Shown piece after piece: positions 36,873 through 45,913 of a stretch of DNA of 64,000 nt (position 1 is the first letter of the stretch; the number at the start of each line of letters is the position of its first letter). The notes under the pieces were generated by a model. The model worked only from the letters and a program-made list of their open reading frames with translations, had not been told where the DNA came from and searched no databases. Origin of the DNA: Candidatus Mediterraneibacter faecigallinarum (lineage in GTDB: Bacteria > Bacillota > Clostridia > Lachnospirales > Lachnospiraceae); the NCBI GenBank assembly GCA_019119735.1, contig DWWK01000094.1, positions 22,807-86,806 of the forward strand, in the 5' to 3' direction. The position numbers were made by a program, and so were the translations under genes.

Positions 36873-37547
36873 CTATCTCCTGCATCTTTCATAGGTATTG
36901 TCTCTAATTTCAAAATAATCGTGGATGAAGTAGTCTGCCAGGCGCTTCTTCTCCTCCTCGTCCTGTCTGGAAAACAAGTCGTCCACAGCACAGACTTCCA
37001 TCCCGGCATTCTTGCCCGCGCGGATGCCGTTGGGGACGTCCTCGAATACAAGACAGTCTTCCGGCCTCACCCGGAGATCCCCGGCCACCTTCAGATAGAC
37101 GTCAGGCGCCGGCTTTCCCGCCGATACCTCGCAGGAGGTTCGGACTGAGTCGAAGTACTCCATCATTCCCCGCGCTCTTAATGCCGCCTCTGCCAGTGTG
37201 CGGTTATTGCTGGTGGCAATCCCCAGGAGCACGCCGCTGTGCTTCATATCATCCAAAAACTCCATAGCGCCGGGCTTGGGAAACACCTTCGTCCTGTACA
37301 GCTCCATAGTCATCTCCTGCCACTCTGCCTTCACTTCCTCCACCGTGCGGTCAAGCGTGCGGAATGTATCGACAAAATACTGTGCTGTCTCTGTATAGCT
37401 CTTTCCCTCGATCGCCTTGTGGAAATCTTCCGGCTGCTCCAGCCCGTATTTCTCCATATAGATACGGTCCACCTCCGGCCAGATCCACATGGAATCCACA
37501 AGAGAGCCGTCCATGTCAAATATGACTGCTTTTTTCCCTTTTAACAT
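36873..37547 (-). CDS. HAD-IA family hydrolase (beta-phosphoglucomutase-like)
   Basis: 224-aa ORF with the DMDGSLVDS motif I, TS motif II and a distal EDVPNGIRAG motif. Confidence 0.85.
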   Translation of the reverse strand: MLKGKKAVIFDMDGSLVDSMWIWPEVDRIYMEKYGLEQPEDFHKAIEGKSYTETAQYFVDTFRTLDRTVEEVKAEWQEMTMELYRTKVFPKPGAMEFLDDMKHSGVLLGIATSNNRTLAEAALRARGMMEYFDSVRTSCEVSAGKPAPDVYLKVAGDLRVRPEDCLVFEDVPNGIRAGKNAGMEVCAVDDLFSRQDEEEKKRLADYFIHDYFEIRDNTYERCRR

Positions 37548-38248
37548 AATGCTCTGACCTCTTCCTCCGTCAGTTTTCTGTACTCTCCGGGTTCCAGTCC
37601 TCCGTCCAGCACAAGGCTTCCCATGCGCAGGCGCTTCAGATAGATAACCTCGCCGCCCGCCGCCTGGAACATCCTCTTCACCTGGTGGAACCGCCCTTCC
37701 CGGATCACCAGCTCGATCTCAGAGATCTCGCCGCTGGATAGCACCGTAAGCTCAGCCGGGAGCGTCGGCTTCTCATCGCCGATGTCCACCCCCTCCGCGA
37801 ACAGTCTCACATGCTCTTCTGTGATCCTGCCTGCGACCCTTGCATAATAAGCCTTGTCCACATGCTTCTTCGGAGACAGGAGGCGGTGCGCCATCTCCCC
37901 GTCATTTGTGATAAGAAGGAGCCCCTCTGTATCCTTGTCCAGCCTCCCGACCGGAAAAAGATCCTTTCTCTGTCTTGCATCGATCAGATCAAGGACCGTG
38001 CGCTCCTTCCTGTCCTCCGTCGCTGACACCACTCCCGCCGGTTTATTCAGCATGAAATATTCATATTCCACATATCCCACCGGACTGCCGCGGAAGACCA
38101 CGCTGTCCTTCTCGGTATCGATCTTATCCTCAGGCCGCCTGGCCGGGGCTCCGTTTACCATAACGCTGCCCCCTGCGATCTCCCTCTTCACCTGACTTCT
38201 CGTTCCGCATCCCATATCCGCGAGATATTTGTCCAGTCTGATCCTCAT
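37541..38248 (-). CDS. RsuA/RluB-type pseudouridine synthase with S4 domain
   Basis: Start set to ATG 38248 (MRIRLDKYLA), forming an ATGA overlap with the upstream gene. Catalytic GRLDKDTEGLLL motif. Confidence 0.88.
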   Translation of the reverse strand: MRIRLDKYLADMGCGTRSQVKREIAGGSVMVNGAPARRPEDKIDTEKDSVVFRGSPVGYVEYEYFMLNKPAGVVSATEDRKERTVLDLIDARQRKDLFPVGRLDKDTEGLLLITNDGEMAHRLLSPKKHVDKAYYARVAGRITEEHVRLFAEGVDIGDEKPTLPAELTVLSSGEISEIELVIREGRFHQVKRMFQAAGGEVIYLKRLRMGSLVLDGGLEPGEYRKLTEEEVRALC

Positions 38249-39633
38249 TGTGACTGCCACCGCCATCCCGGGAGATATTTATTCTTCAATGTCTGGTTCA
38301 CCAGCTTGCCGAACCCCAATGGATACCCGTCCACGCAGACAAGATACCATCCCTTCTCCTTCGGCGATGTCAGATCATCTACGTCCAGCGTCTCGCCCTT
38401 CAGGTATCTGATCACGCGGGGATCCTGTGCCTGAAGGTCCAGCGTGCGCCGGTATTCCTCCTTCTTTAAGTTCATTGCAAACGCCTGGCTTGGCTCAAAC
38501 CGGTTCTTTTTCAGTTCCCCGAGCAGAAGTCCCGTCCGAAGGAAACGGATCCCTTTCAGGTCAGGGAGATCCTCCGGCATATAGTACACTTTGCCGCCCC
38601 GGACATCGATCTGCGCCGGATCCATCCTGCGGTCCACGTTTCCTAAAAATTCCTCCAGCTCCGGAGGCAGCTTTTTTCCTCTCGCTCCTGAGGATGTTCC
38701 GCGTGTCACGCCGTTTTCTCCGCCTTTTCGGAGCAGGGCAAGGAAATGTCCCTCTCCCTTCATCCGATGGGGGAAGATCCGCACAGTCCTGCGCAGCGCT
38801 TCATCCTGTTCCTCTGCCGCTGCGGGGATCCCTTCCGAAAAGCCTTCATAACCTTCCATCTCACAGATCTCGAACTCCGGATACTCCTGCAGGAGATATT
38901 CGATCGTCTGCTCATTCTCCTTGGGAGAGAATGTACATGTGGAATAGAGCATCATCCCTCCCGGTCGGAGCATCTGCGCCGCCTGGGTGACTATGCTCCT
39001 CTGTATTTTGGAGAAATACTCCGGTCCATGCTCCTCCCAGGCCCTCACCATCTTCCTGTCCTTTCGGAACATGCCTTCCCCGGAGCAGGGAGCGTCGATC
39101 AGGATCTTGTCAAAATACTCTCTGAAATACGGCACCAGCTTTCCCGGCTCCTCGCTCAGTACAAGGACATTGCCGATCCCGAAGAGCTCCAGGTTCTTAA
39201 GAAGCCCTTTCGCACGGGAACTGCTCAGGTCGTTGGCCGCCAGCACCCCCGTGCCGTTCAGCTTCGCCCCCAGTTCAGTCGCCTTTCCGCCCGGAGCGGC
39301 GCACACATCAAGCACCCGGTCTCCCGGCTCCACAGGAAGACGGTCCGCGGGCGTCATGGCGCTGGGCTCCTGCAGATAATAAAGCCCCGCAAAATAATAG
39401 GGATGCTTTGCAGGCTGCACCGCATCCCCGTCATAATAAAATCCGTTCCGGATCCACGGCACCTGCTCCAGCGGCCAGGGCGCGATCTTCAGGAAGTCCT
39501 CCACAGAGATCTTCGCAGTATTCACTCTGAGCCCGTAATGTCTCGGCTCATCAAAGCACTTCAGATATTCCTTATATTCCTCCGCCCCCAGAAGGGCTTC
39601 CATTTCCACTTCAAATTCTCTCGGTAAATTCAT
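38245..39633 (-). CDS. NOL1/NOP2/Sun-family RNA cytosine-C5 methyltransferase (RsmF-like)
   Basis: 462-aa ORF with SAM motif DVCAAPGGKAT, catalytic DAPCSGEG and TCT, and a C-terminal PUA-like region. Confidence 0.88.
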   Translation of the reverse strand: MNLPREFEVEMEALLGAEEYKEYLKCFDEPRHYGLRVNTAKISVEDFLKIAPWPLEQVPWIRNGFYYDGDAVQPAKHPYYFAGLYYLQEPSAMTPADRLPVEPGDRVLDVCAAPGGKATELGAKLNGTGVLAANDLSSSRAKGLLKNLELFGIGNVLVLSEEPGKLVPYFREYFDKILIDAPCSGEGMFRKDRKMVRAWEEHGPEYFSKIQRSIVTQAAQMLRPGGMMLYSTCTFSPKENEQTIEYLLQEYPEFEICEMEGYEGFSEGIPAAAEEQDEALRRTVRIFPHRMKGEGHFLALLRKGGENGVTRGTSSGARGKKLPPELEEFLGNVDRRMDPAQIDVRGGKVYYMPEDLPDLKGIRFLRTGLLLGELKKNRFEPSQAFAMNLKKEEYRRTLDLQAQDPRVIRYLKGETLDVDDLTSPKEKGWYLVCVDGYPLGFGKLVNQTLKNKYLPGWRWQSQ

Positions 39634-39687
39634 CTCATTTCCTCCATAAGTGCAATTATATCATGATTTCAAGACGCATAAAACCCC

Positions 39688-40536
39688 CTACCGGAAATTG
39701 CACCGTATCCTCCTGTCCTCGGCATATCGCAGCACTCCGTATGGATTCACGCTGATCTCCTGCCCGTCCGGATAGAGATAGATCCCAAGATGGAGATGTA
39801 CCGGAAAATTACCGGTCGTCCCTTCCTCCTTGCTGTATCCGCTGTCCCCCATATAGCCGAGAAAGTCGCCTGCCTTCACTTCATCTCCCACTTCGATATC
39901 TGCATAGGAATCGAGATGGGCATAGTAAAAATAAGCCCCCTGCTCCGTCTCGATCCCCAGCCGCCAGCCTCCAAGCTCCAGCCATCCCTTGCTCTTCACG
40001 GTTCCATCTGTCATGCTGACGACAGGATACAATCCCCGTTCGTTGACCGCGGCCATAATATCAGTTCCCTCATGTCCCCGGTCTCCCTTGTAACTTCTCC
40101 CGAACATCCATGAGTCCTCAAACGTCACAACTGCATCGGACCGGTTGGACGGCTCTGCCACAGGAAAATACTTAACATCATCCCAAACTGCCCTGCAGGC
40201 AGCGGCGTATTCTGTCCATCCGTCTACCGAACTCCATCTTTCCTTCACCGCTCCGGTAAGAAGTCCAGGAATTTCTGTCTTTTCTCTCCCGAAATCACTT
40301 TCCAGCCAGTAGATCCCCAGCAGTTCTCCCGGCTCGCCGTTCTCTCTGGCCGCATCCAGCACCTCATCGCTGACAGGCTGGCTGCGGAAGTCTGCGGAGA
40401 ACACGAGATCACTGTCCAGTCTGCTGGTCTCGCTCATATACTGCAGCCGCGGGATCCAGATCCCAGCGAACAGAATAAGGAAGAACAGTATAAAAATATA
40501 TCGCAGTTTCGCCGATCGGCTGATATCCCGTCCCAA
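39688..40536 (-). CDS. M23-family metallopeptidase with N-terminal membrane anchor
   Basis: 282-aa ORF with HEGTDI (HxxxD) and HLHLGIY (HxH) zinc motifs. Confidence 0.88.
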   Translation of the reverse strand: MGRDISRSAKLRYIFILFFLILFAGIWIPRLQYMSETSRLDSDLVFSADFRSQPVSDEVLDAARENGEPGELLGIYWLESDFGREKTEIPGLLTGAVKERWSSVDGWTEYAAACRAVWDDVKYFPVAEPSNRSDAVVTFEDSWMFGRSYKGDRGHEGTDIMAAVNERGLYPVVSMTDGTVKSKGWLELGGWRLGIETEQGAYFYYAHLDSYADIEVGDEVKAGDFLGYMGDSGYSKEEGTTGNFPVHLHLGIYLYPDGQEISVNPYGVLRYAEDRRIRCNFR

Positions 40537-40570
40537 GAAAAACTCCTTTTTCTTTTACTATATGAGCTGC

Positions 40571-40599
40571 TCATAAAAAGAATGCTCTCATCATATAAC
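40571..40599 (+). promoter_or_regulatory. Candidate sigma-E-type sporulation promoter of ylbJ
   Basis: TCATAAA - 14 nt - CATATAAC resembles the B. subtilis SigE consensus (ATA-rich -35, CATACA-T -10). Confidence 0.3.
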
Positions 40600-40632
40600 T
40601 GAAGTAACCATGTTCAAAAGGCAGGGGCTGCT

Positions 40633-41577
40633 ATGAAACATTTTCCGGCCGGGATCTTTGTCACCGCGCTCTTTGCGGCAATGCTCATCTTTCCGCAGGC
40701 AGTGTTCAGCGGAGCCGAAGAAGGTCTCCTCCTCTGGTTCCAGATCATCTTCCCAACACTCTTTCCCTTTCTTGTCGTGACCAGCCTGCTTCTCTCTTCC
40801 GGCGGCCTGAATCTGATCACCCGCCTTTTCGGCGGCTTGTTCCGGCGGATCTTCCGGGTAACGCAGAACGGTGCATTCGCCGTCCTCGCCGGATTCCTCT
40901 GCGGCTATCCTATGGGCGCCAAGGTCACTGCCGATCTTCTGCGGGCAGAAAAAATCTCTGACAGAGAAGCACGGTATCTGCTCTCATTCTGCAACAATAC
41001 AAGCCCTGTCTTCATCATCAATTTTATCGTGTGGAAGACTTTCGGCGATGAGAGGCTGATGCTCCCCACCCTGCTCATCCTGATCGGTTCTCCCGTGCTG
41101 ATGAGCTTCATTTTCCGCAGGATCTATCTCAAAGGCAGACATCCTTTTCCAGAGCCTTCAGCCGCCCTGAAAGAAAAAAAGACACGGTTTGATTTCTCCG
41201 TGCTGGACTCCTGCATGATGAACAGTTTCGAGGCGATCGTAAAGGTAGGAGGCTATATCATCCTGTTCTCCGTTCTCCTTTCCCTGTTAGAAGAGCTTTC
41301 CGGGCAGAAAAGCATCCTTATGACCGCCGCTCCGGCGCTGGAAGTCACAAACGGTATCCTTCTTCTCAGCAGCTCCGTCTCCGATCCCGGACTCCGCTAT
41401 GCAGCTGTCCTGGGCCTTACTTCCTTCGGAGGCCTCTGCTCCGCCGCTCAGACGCAGTGTATGCTGGAAGGGACCGGCCTGTCCGTCATACCTTATATCA
41501 TACAAAAACTGACTACCGCAGCGGCAGCCAGTCTTTTATCATTTATTTATCTTGCTCTGTTTTCGCCCTTTCACTAG
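40633..41577 (+). CDS. ylbJ: YlbJ-like sporulation integral membrane protein (nucleoside-recognition/Gate domain)
   Basis: 314-aa polytopic ORF with the IFPTLFPFLV motif. Synteny with coaD and rsmD as in Bacillus ylbH-ylbI-ylbJ. Confidence 0.65.
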   Translation: MKHFPAGIFVTALFAAMLIFPQAVFSGAEEGLLLWFQIIFPTLFPFLVVTSLLLSSGGLNLITRLFGGLFRRIFRVTQNGAFAVLAGFLCGYPMGAKVTADLLRAEKISDREARYLLSFCNNTSPVFIINFIVWKTFGDERLMLPTLLILIGSPVLMSFIFRRIYLKGRHPFPEPSAALKEKKTRFDFSVLDSCMMNSFEAIVKVGGYIILFSVLLSLLEELSGQKSILMTAAPALEVTNGILLLSSSVSDPGLRYAAVLGLTSFGGLCSAAQTQCMLEGTGLSVIPYIIQKLTTAAAASLLSFIYLALFSPFH

Positions 41578-42158
41578 TTGACATCACTCTGCGAGTGATA
41601 TCCGTCGTCATCCTCGTCCGGGATCTCAAGCTCTGCCCTGTTGGAGCGCACCGTATCATAACACTCCTGCAGCGAGTTGATCAGCCCGTCATACTTCGTC
41701 GTATAACTGTCAAGTGTATGACCGATAATGCTCTCCGCGTTGGCGAGAAGATCATCCGTATACTGGATCGCACCGATCCGGATCGCATTGGCGTCCGCCG
41801 TTGCATTATCAATGATCTCCTGTGCCTGAGCTGTAGCCTGTGTCACGATCTCATTCGCCTGCGCATACGCCTGCTGCATGATCTCATGCTCGCTCACAAG
41901 CTCTGTCGTCTGTACCTGCGCCTCCTCGATCATTGCGTCAGCCTTTGCTTTCGCATCTGCCAGAATGGCATCTCTGTTGGCGATGATCTTCTGATAGCGC
42001 TTGATCTCATCAGGCGTCTTCATCCGGAGCTCTCTTAAGAGCTCATCCAGACGCTCCTTATTCACAATGATCTTTGTCGTGGATAACGGCTGGAACTTAC
42101 AGTCCCTGTCGATATATTCCTCGATCTCTTCAATAATCTGTTCAATACGGCTGCTCAT
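41574..42158 (-). CDS. Hypothetical coiled-coil protein with acidic C-terminus
   Basis: 194-aa ORF with Ala/Gln/Glu-rich heptad-like repeats. It is immediately downstream of coaD (2-nt gap). Function not recognised. Confidence 0.65.
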   Translation of the reverse strand: MSSRIEQIIEEIEEYIDRDCKFQPLSTTKIIVNKERLDELLRELRMKTPDEIKRYQKIIANRDAILADAKAKADAMIEEAQVQTTELVSEHEIMQQAYAQANEIVTQATAQAQEIIDNATADANAIRIGAIQYTDDLLANAESIIGHTLDSYTTKYDGLINSLQECYDTVRSNRAELEIPDEDDDGYHSQSDVN

Positions 42159-42160
42159 TG

Positions 42161-42652
42161 TTACACTCTCCTTTTTGTATTCATCTTTTTCTTAAGTTCT
42201 TCAGCGACTGCTTCCGGCACAAACTGTGATACATCTCCCCCAAAAGCAGCGATCTCCTTTACCGTAGTCGAACTCAGATAAGAATACTCAATACTTGTTG
42301 TCAAAAACATGGTCTCCACGTTGGAAGCCAGTTTATGGTTTGTCTGTGACATCTGAAGTTCATACTCAAAATCCGTGATCGCCCGCAGTCCTCTGATGAC
42401 AATGTCGGCCTCCATCCGAGATGCGAAATCGACAAGAAGTCCGTCAAAGGGCACGATCTTCACGTTTGTCAGATCTTTCGTCACTTCCTCTAACATTTTA
42501 ACACGTTCTTCCACAGAAAACAACGGCATTTTCGCCTTATTATTCAATACTCCGACGATTAATTCATCCACTATTTTCGCTGATCTTACTATGATATCAT
42601 AATGTCCGTATGTAACCGGGTCAAAGCTTCCCGGATAGACCCCTCTTAACAT
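42161..42652 (-). CDS. coaD: Phosphopantetheine adenylyltransferase
   Basis: 163-aa ORF with the N-terminal [15 protein letters not shown] (T/HxGH) motif. Confidence 0.95.
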   Translation of the reverse strand: MLRGVYPGSFDPVTYGHYDIIVRSAKIVDELIVGVLNNKAKMPLFSVEERVKMLEEVTKDLTNVKIVPFDGLLVDFASRMEADIVIRGLRAITDFEYELQMSQTNHKLASNVETMFLTTSIEYSYLSSTTVKEIAAFGGDVSQFVPEAVAEELKKKMNTKRRV

Positions 42653-43215
42653 ATCTCTTCCTTCCCTGCCTTTTCTAAAAAAACATGTTTGTTCGTCTTA
42701 TAGACCTTCTCTCTCACGATGTCAAAGCCTAAGTCTTCTGCATAGGAAAAATCCGTATCCTTCGACGCCTCCACGATAATGACCGTATCCTCATACACAA
42801 GCTCTGATCCCGCAAGATACTCCAGCACCTTACGCTCCAGTCCTCTGTCATACGGCGGATCCATGAAGATAAAATCGAAGACTTTCTCTCCTTCCATCTG
42901 ATAGAGGGCAGCCATCACATCACGCGTCACGGTGACCGCCTTCTGCTCCAGCCTGGTGAACTTCAGGTTTTCCCTGATCACCGCCATCGCCTTCGGATTG
43001 TTCTCCACGAACACTGCTTCCCGCGCGCCGCGGCTCAGCGCCTCGATCCCGATGCCGCCGCTCCCGCTGAAAAGATCGAGAAAGATACAGTCATACATGC
43101 CGGGACCGATCATATTGAACAGCGTCTCCTTGATCCTGTCCGTTGTCGGCCTCGTATCCATCCCCTCTAGCGTCTTGAGACGAAGTCTTTTCGCACTTCC
43201 TGCGATCACTCTCAT
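42646..43215 (-). CDS. rsmD: 16S rRNA (guanine966-N2)-methyltransferase RsmD
   Basis: ORF track 42646..43236, with the start moved to ATG 43215 ([13 protein letters not shown]). [18 protein letters not shown] and DPPY motifs. Confidence 0.9.
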   Translation of the reverse strand: MRVIAGSAKRLRLKTLEGMDTRPTTDRIKETLFNMIGPGMYDCIFLDLFSGSGGIGIEALSRGAREAVFVENNPKAMAVIRENLKFTRLEQKAVTVTRDVMAALYQMEGEKVFDFIFMDPPYDRGLERKVLEYLAGSELVYEDTVIIVEASKDTDFSYAEDLGFDIVREKVYKTNKHVFLEKAGKEEIC

Positions 43216-43263
43216 AAAACGGCACCTCTCTTCCACTAACTATGCTGCATTTTAGCAGAAAAA

Positions 43264-43288
43264 AGCACTCAGGTCAATCCCGAGTGCT
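43264..43288 (-). terminator. Terminator of the SASP gene
   Basis: AGCACTCAGG-TCAAT-CCCGAGTGCT hairpin, followed on the minus strand by a T6 run. Confidence 0.65.
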
Positions 43289-43331
43289 TTTCCCGTTCCG
43301 GATAAAACATTTCCCGGCTGCTGCAAGCTTC

Positions 43332-43538
43332 TTACTTGCCGGCCATCTGTTTTTCCTGCTGTTCGATCATTTTCTTGACCATATATCCGCCCACAGATCC
43401 GTTCTGTTTGGAGGTAAGGTCGCCGTTGTATCCGTCAGATAACGGTACTCCGAGCTCGTTTGCCACCTCATACTTGAATTTGTCCAGAGCGCTCTTTGCC
43501 TCAGGCACTGCTGCTCTGTTAGATGAACGACTTGCCAT
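43332..43538 (-). CDS. Alpha/beta-type small acid-soluble spore protein
   Basis: Start moved to ATG 43538 (AGGAGG 8 nt upstream). 68 aa with the KFKYEVANELGV and GGYMVKKMIE motifs. Confidence 0.9.
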   Translation of the reverse strand: MASRSSNRAAVPEAKSALDKFKYEVANELGVPLSDGYNGDLTSKQNGSVGGYMVKKMIEQQEKQMAGK

Positions 43539-43563
43539 GATCATTTCCTCCTTCTGCAACTTC

Positions 43564-43579
43564 GTAACGTTTCCGTTAC
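43564..43579 (-). promoter_or_regulatory. Perfect 6-bp stem / tetraloop hairpin in the SASP 5' leader
   Basis: Minus strand reads GTAACG-GAAA-CGTTAC, 13 nt upstream of the AGGAGG. A role as a 5' mRNA stabiliser is possible but unproven. Confidence 0.3.
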
Positions 43580-43768
43580 TTTTCTTGTGTTTTTTGTAAC
43601 GCATCCGCCGGCCGCTTCTGCATGTATCCGGCTGTTCTGATGAGTGTTCTGCCCGTCTTCGCGGCCGGTACTGTGCGTCTGCTTCCGTTCGTCTGTGTTA
43701 CACTGATAGTATATGGAGGAATGCTTCTTTTACTCTGGAAATTCATAGCAATTTTTATTGGTTTTCGG

Positions 43769-45829
43769 CTACAGTGTGGCCTCCAGGTTCTGATCTGTGA
43801 TATACCGCTCAAGGGCGGCTGAGAGCTTCCTGTTTTCCGGGGATCTCAGCTCCGGATCCTCCCGGAGGATCCCGCCGGCGGCCTCAGCTGCCTGACGCAG
43901 TATCACAGAATCCTGGAATACGTCCCCTAGCCTAAAATTCATGATCCCGCTCTGTCTGATCCCGAACAGATCACCCGGTCCTCTCAGACGCAGGTCCTCT
44001 CCGGCGATAAAGAATCCGTCGTTGGAGTGGTTCAGGATGTCCAGACGTTCCTTCGTCTCTTTTGCTTTTGAAGCAGTCATGAAGATACAGTAGGACTGAT
44101 ACTTTCCGCGCCCCACACGCCCCCTGAGCTGATGGAGCTGCGCCAGCCCGAACCGCTCGGCATTCTCGATCATGATGACCGTTGCATTGGGGACGTCTAT
44201 TCCGACTTCGATCACGGTAGTCGATACGAGGATCTGGATCTCATTCTTCCCGAACGCCTCCATGATCTCATCCTTCTCCTGCTGTTTCATCCTTCCGTGA
44301 AGGCATCCGACACTCACCTGTCCGCCCAAGACCTCAGCCAGCATCCGGGAGTAATCAAGCACATTCTCCGCGTCAAGCGCCTCGCTCTCTTCCACCATGG
44401 GGCAGATCACATAGCACTGGCGTCCTGCCGCCACCTGCTTTCTCATAAACTCATACGCGGTCTTTCTGTAGCCAGTATCTACGACACAGTTTTTGATCGG
44501 AAGCCGATTCTTCGGCAGCTCGTCGATCACTGAGATATCCAGGTCGCCGTAGAGGATGATCGCCAGCGTCCGAGGGATCGGCGTCGCGCTCATAACAAGA
44601 ATGTGCGGAGTGTTTCCCTTGCCCGCCAGCGCTTCCCTCTGCTTTACTCCGAATCTATGCTGTTCGTCCGTGACTACGAGCGCGAGATTTTTATAAACCG
44701 CTTTCTCCTGGATCAGCGCATGAGTCCCTATGATGATCGAGACCTCTCCGCTCTCGATCCGCCCGTAAGCCTCCCTCTTCTGCTTCGCTGTCATAGAACC
44801 GGTCAGCAGCTCGGCTTTCAGCGGAAGTCCGTACTCATCAAGCATGCCCGAGATGTTTTCAAAATGCTGTCTCGCCAGCACCTCTGTGGGAGCCATCAGC
44901 GCACCCTGACAGCCGTTCAGCCCGGCCAGCAGGAGGGCAAGAAAAGCAATGACTGTCTTGCCGGATCCTACATCTCCCTGGACCAGTCTTGACATGACAT
45001 GGCCGCCCTGCATATCCTGCTTTATCTCGTTCCAGACCCTCATCTGCGCTCCGGTGAGGCTGTATGGCAGCGACTCGAGGAATCGTCCTATCTCCGGCTG
45101 GTCCCGGAGGACGAACCTGTTTTCCGCACGGTTCTCTTCGTCTCTCAGCCGCCGCAGCGAAAGGACAAACACGAGAAATTCTTCAAAGACAAACCGTCTT
45201 CTCGCCTCGGCAAACTCCTCTTTTCCGTCTGGAAAATGCATTTTCACGACCGCGTCCTCATAAGGGATAAATCCATATTTTCTCACCAGACCTTCCGGCA
45301 GGATATCCTGCCCGGCGTTCATATGATCAAGCGCCTGATGCACTGCTTTTATGACCGCATTGTTGCTGAGTCCTGCCGTCAGCCCGTAGACCGGCTGCAT
45401 TGTATTTCTCTTTTCCTCATATTTAGAAGACGGGTAGTAGATATCCGGATGTTCCATGACAAGACCGTCCCGCCTTCGCACGATCCTTCCCCGCAGCGTA
45501 AGCGTGCCTCCTTTTCCGAGCGTATTCCTCAGAAACGGCATCCTGAACCAGATCACCTTCAGCGTTCCGGTGAGATCTTTGAGATACAGCGTCGTCACCT
45601 GCATATTCCTATTCCCAGATACCTGGATCCGGCCGAACACAGCGCCTGTCACCGTGCATGTACGCCCCTCGCAGGCTTCGCCGATCGGGACCGGATCCTC
45701 AAATATCTCATAAGACCGCGGATAATAGCGGATAAGGTCTCCCACCGTGCGCACGCCGATCTTTTCGAACAGCTTTTCCGTTTTCTCCCCGATTCCCTTC
45801 AGTTCACCGATCTTTGATCTTTCATTCAT
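43769..45829 (-). CDS. recG: ATP-dependent DNA helicase RecG
   Basis: 686-aa ORF with a wedge domain, Walker A GDVGSGKT, DEQHRFG and the QLHQLRGRVGRG motif. Confidence 0.96.
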   Translation of the reverse strand: MNERSKIGELKGIGEKTEKLFEKIGVRTVGDLIRYYPRSYEIFEDPVPIGEACEGRTCTVTGAVFGRIQVSGNRNMQVTTLYLKDLTGTLKVIWFRMPFLRNTLGKGGTLTLRGRIVRRRDGLVMEHPDIYYPSSKYEEKRNTMQPVYGLTAGLSNNAVIKAVHQALDHMNAGQDILPEGLVRKYGFIPYEDAVVKMHFPDGKEEFAEARRRFVFEEFLVFVLSLRRLRDEENRAENRFVLRDQPEIGRFLESLPYSLTGAQMRVWNEIKQDMQGGHVMSRLVQGDVGSGKTVIAFLALLLAGLNGCQGALMAPTEVLARQHFENISGMLDEYGLPLKAELLTGSMTAKQKREAYGRIESGEVSIIIGTHALIQEKAVYKNLALVVTDEQHRFGVKQREALAGKGNTPHILVMSATPIPRTLAIILYGDLDISVIDELPKNRLPIKNCVVDTGYRKTAYEFMRKQVAAGRQCYVICPMVEESEALDAENVLDYSRMLAEVLGGQVSVGCLHGRMKQQEKDEIMEAFGKNEIQILVSTTVIEVGIDVPNATVIMIENAERFGLAQLHQLRGRVGRGKYQSYCIFMTASKAKETKERLDILNHSNDGFFIAGEDLRLRGPGDLFGIRQSGIMNFRLGDVFQDSVILRQAAEAAGGILREDPELRSPENRKLSAALERYITDQNLEATL

Positions 45830-45864
45830 AATCTTCTCCCTGAAAACTTGTCTCTAAAAAATGA

Positions 45865-45892
45865 GGACACCCTCCCCTGGGGAAGAGTGTCC
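45865..45892 (-). terminator. Terminator after yloV
   Basis: GGACAC...GTGTCC hairpin, followed on the minus strand by ATTTTTTAG. Confidence 0.55.
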
Positions 45893-45913
45893 CGCTTTTC
45901 ATCTCTAACCGCT

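Noticed and set aside
43622-43822. A 66-aa hydrophobic ORF on the plus strand in the recG-SASP intergenic region (possible type I toxin), and an 8-bp all-GC inverted repeat (43608..43615 / 43661..43668).
   Set aside because: The ORF has no SD, its 3' end overlaps recG antisense, and its hydrophobicity is explained by the T-rich second codon positions of that strand. The GC stem would enclose a 45-nt loop, so it is not a convincing structure. I also failed to find a convincing SigG or SigF promoter for the SASP gene in this 230-nt region.
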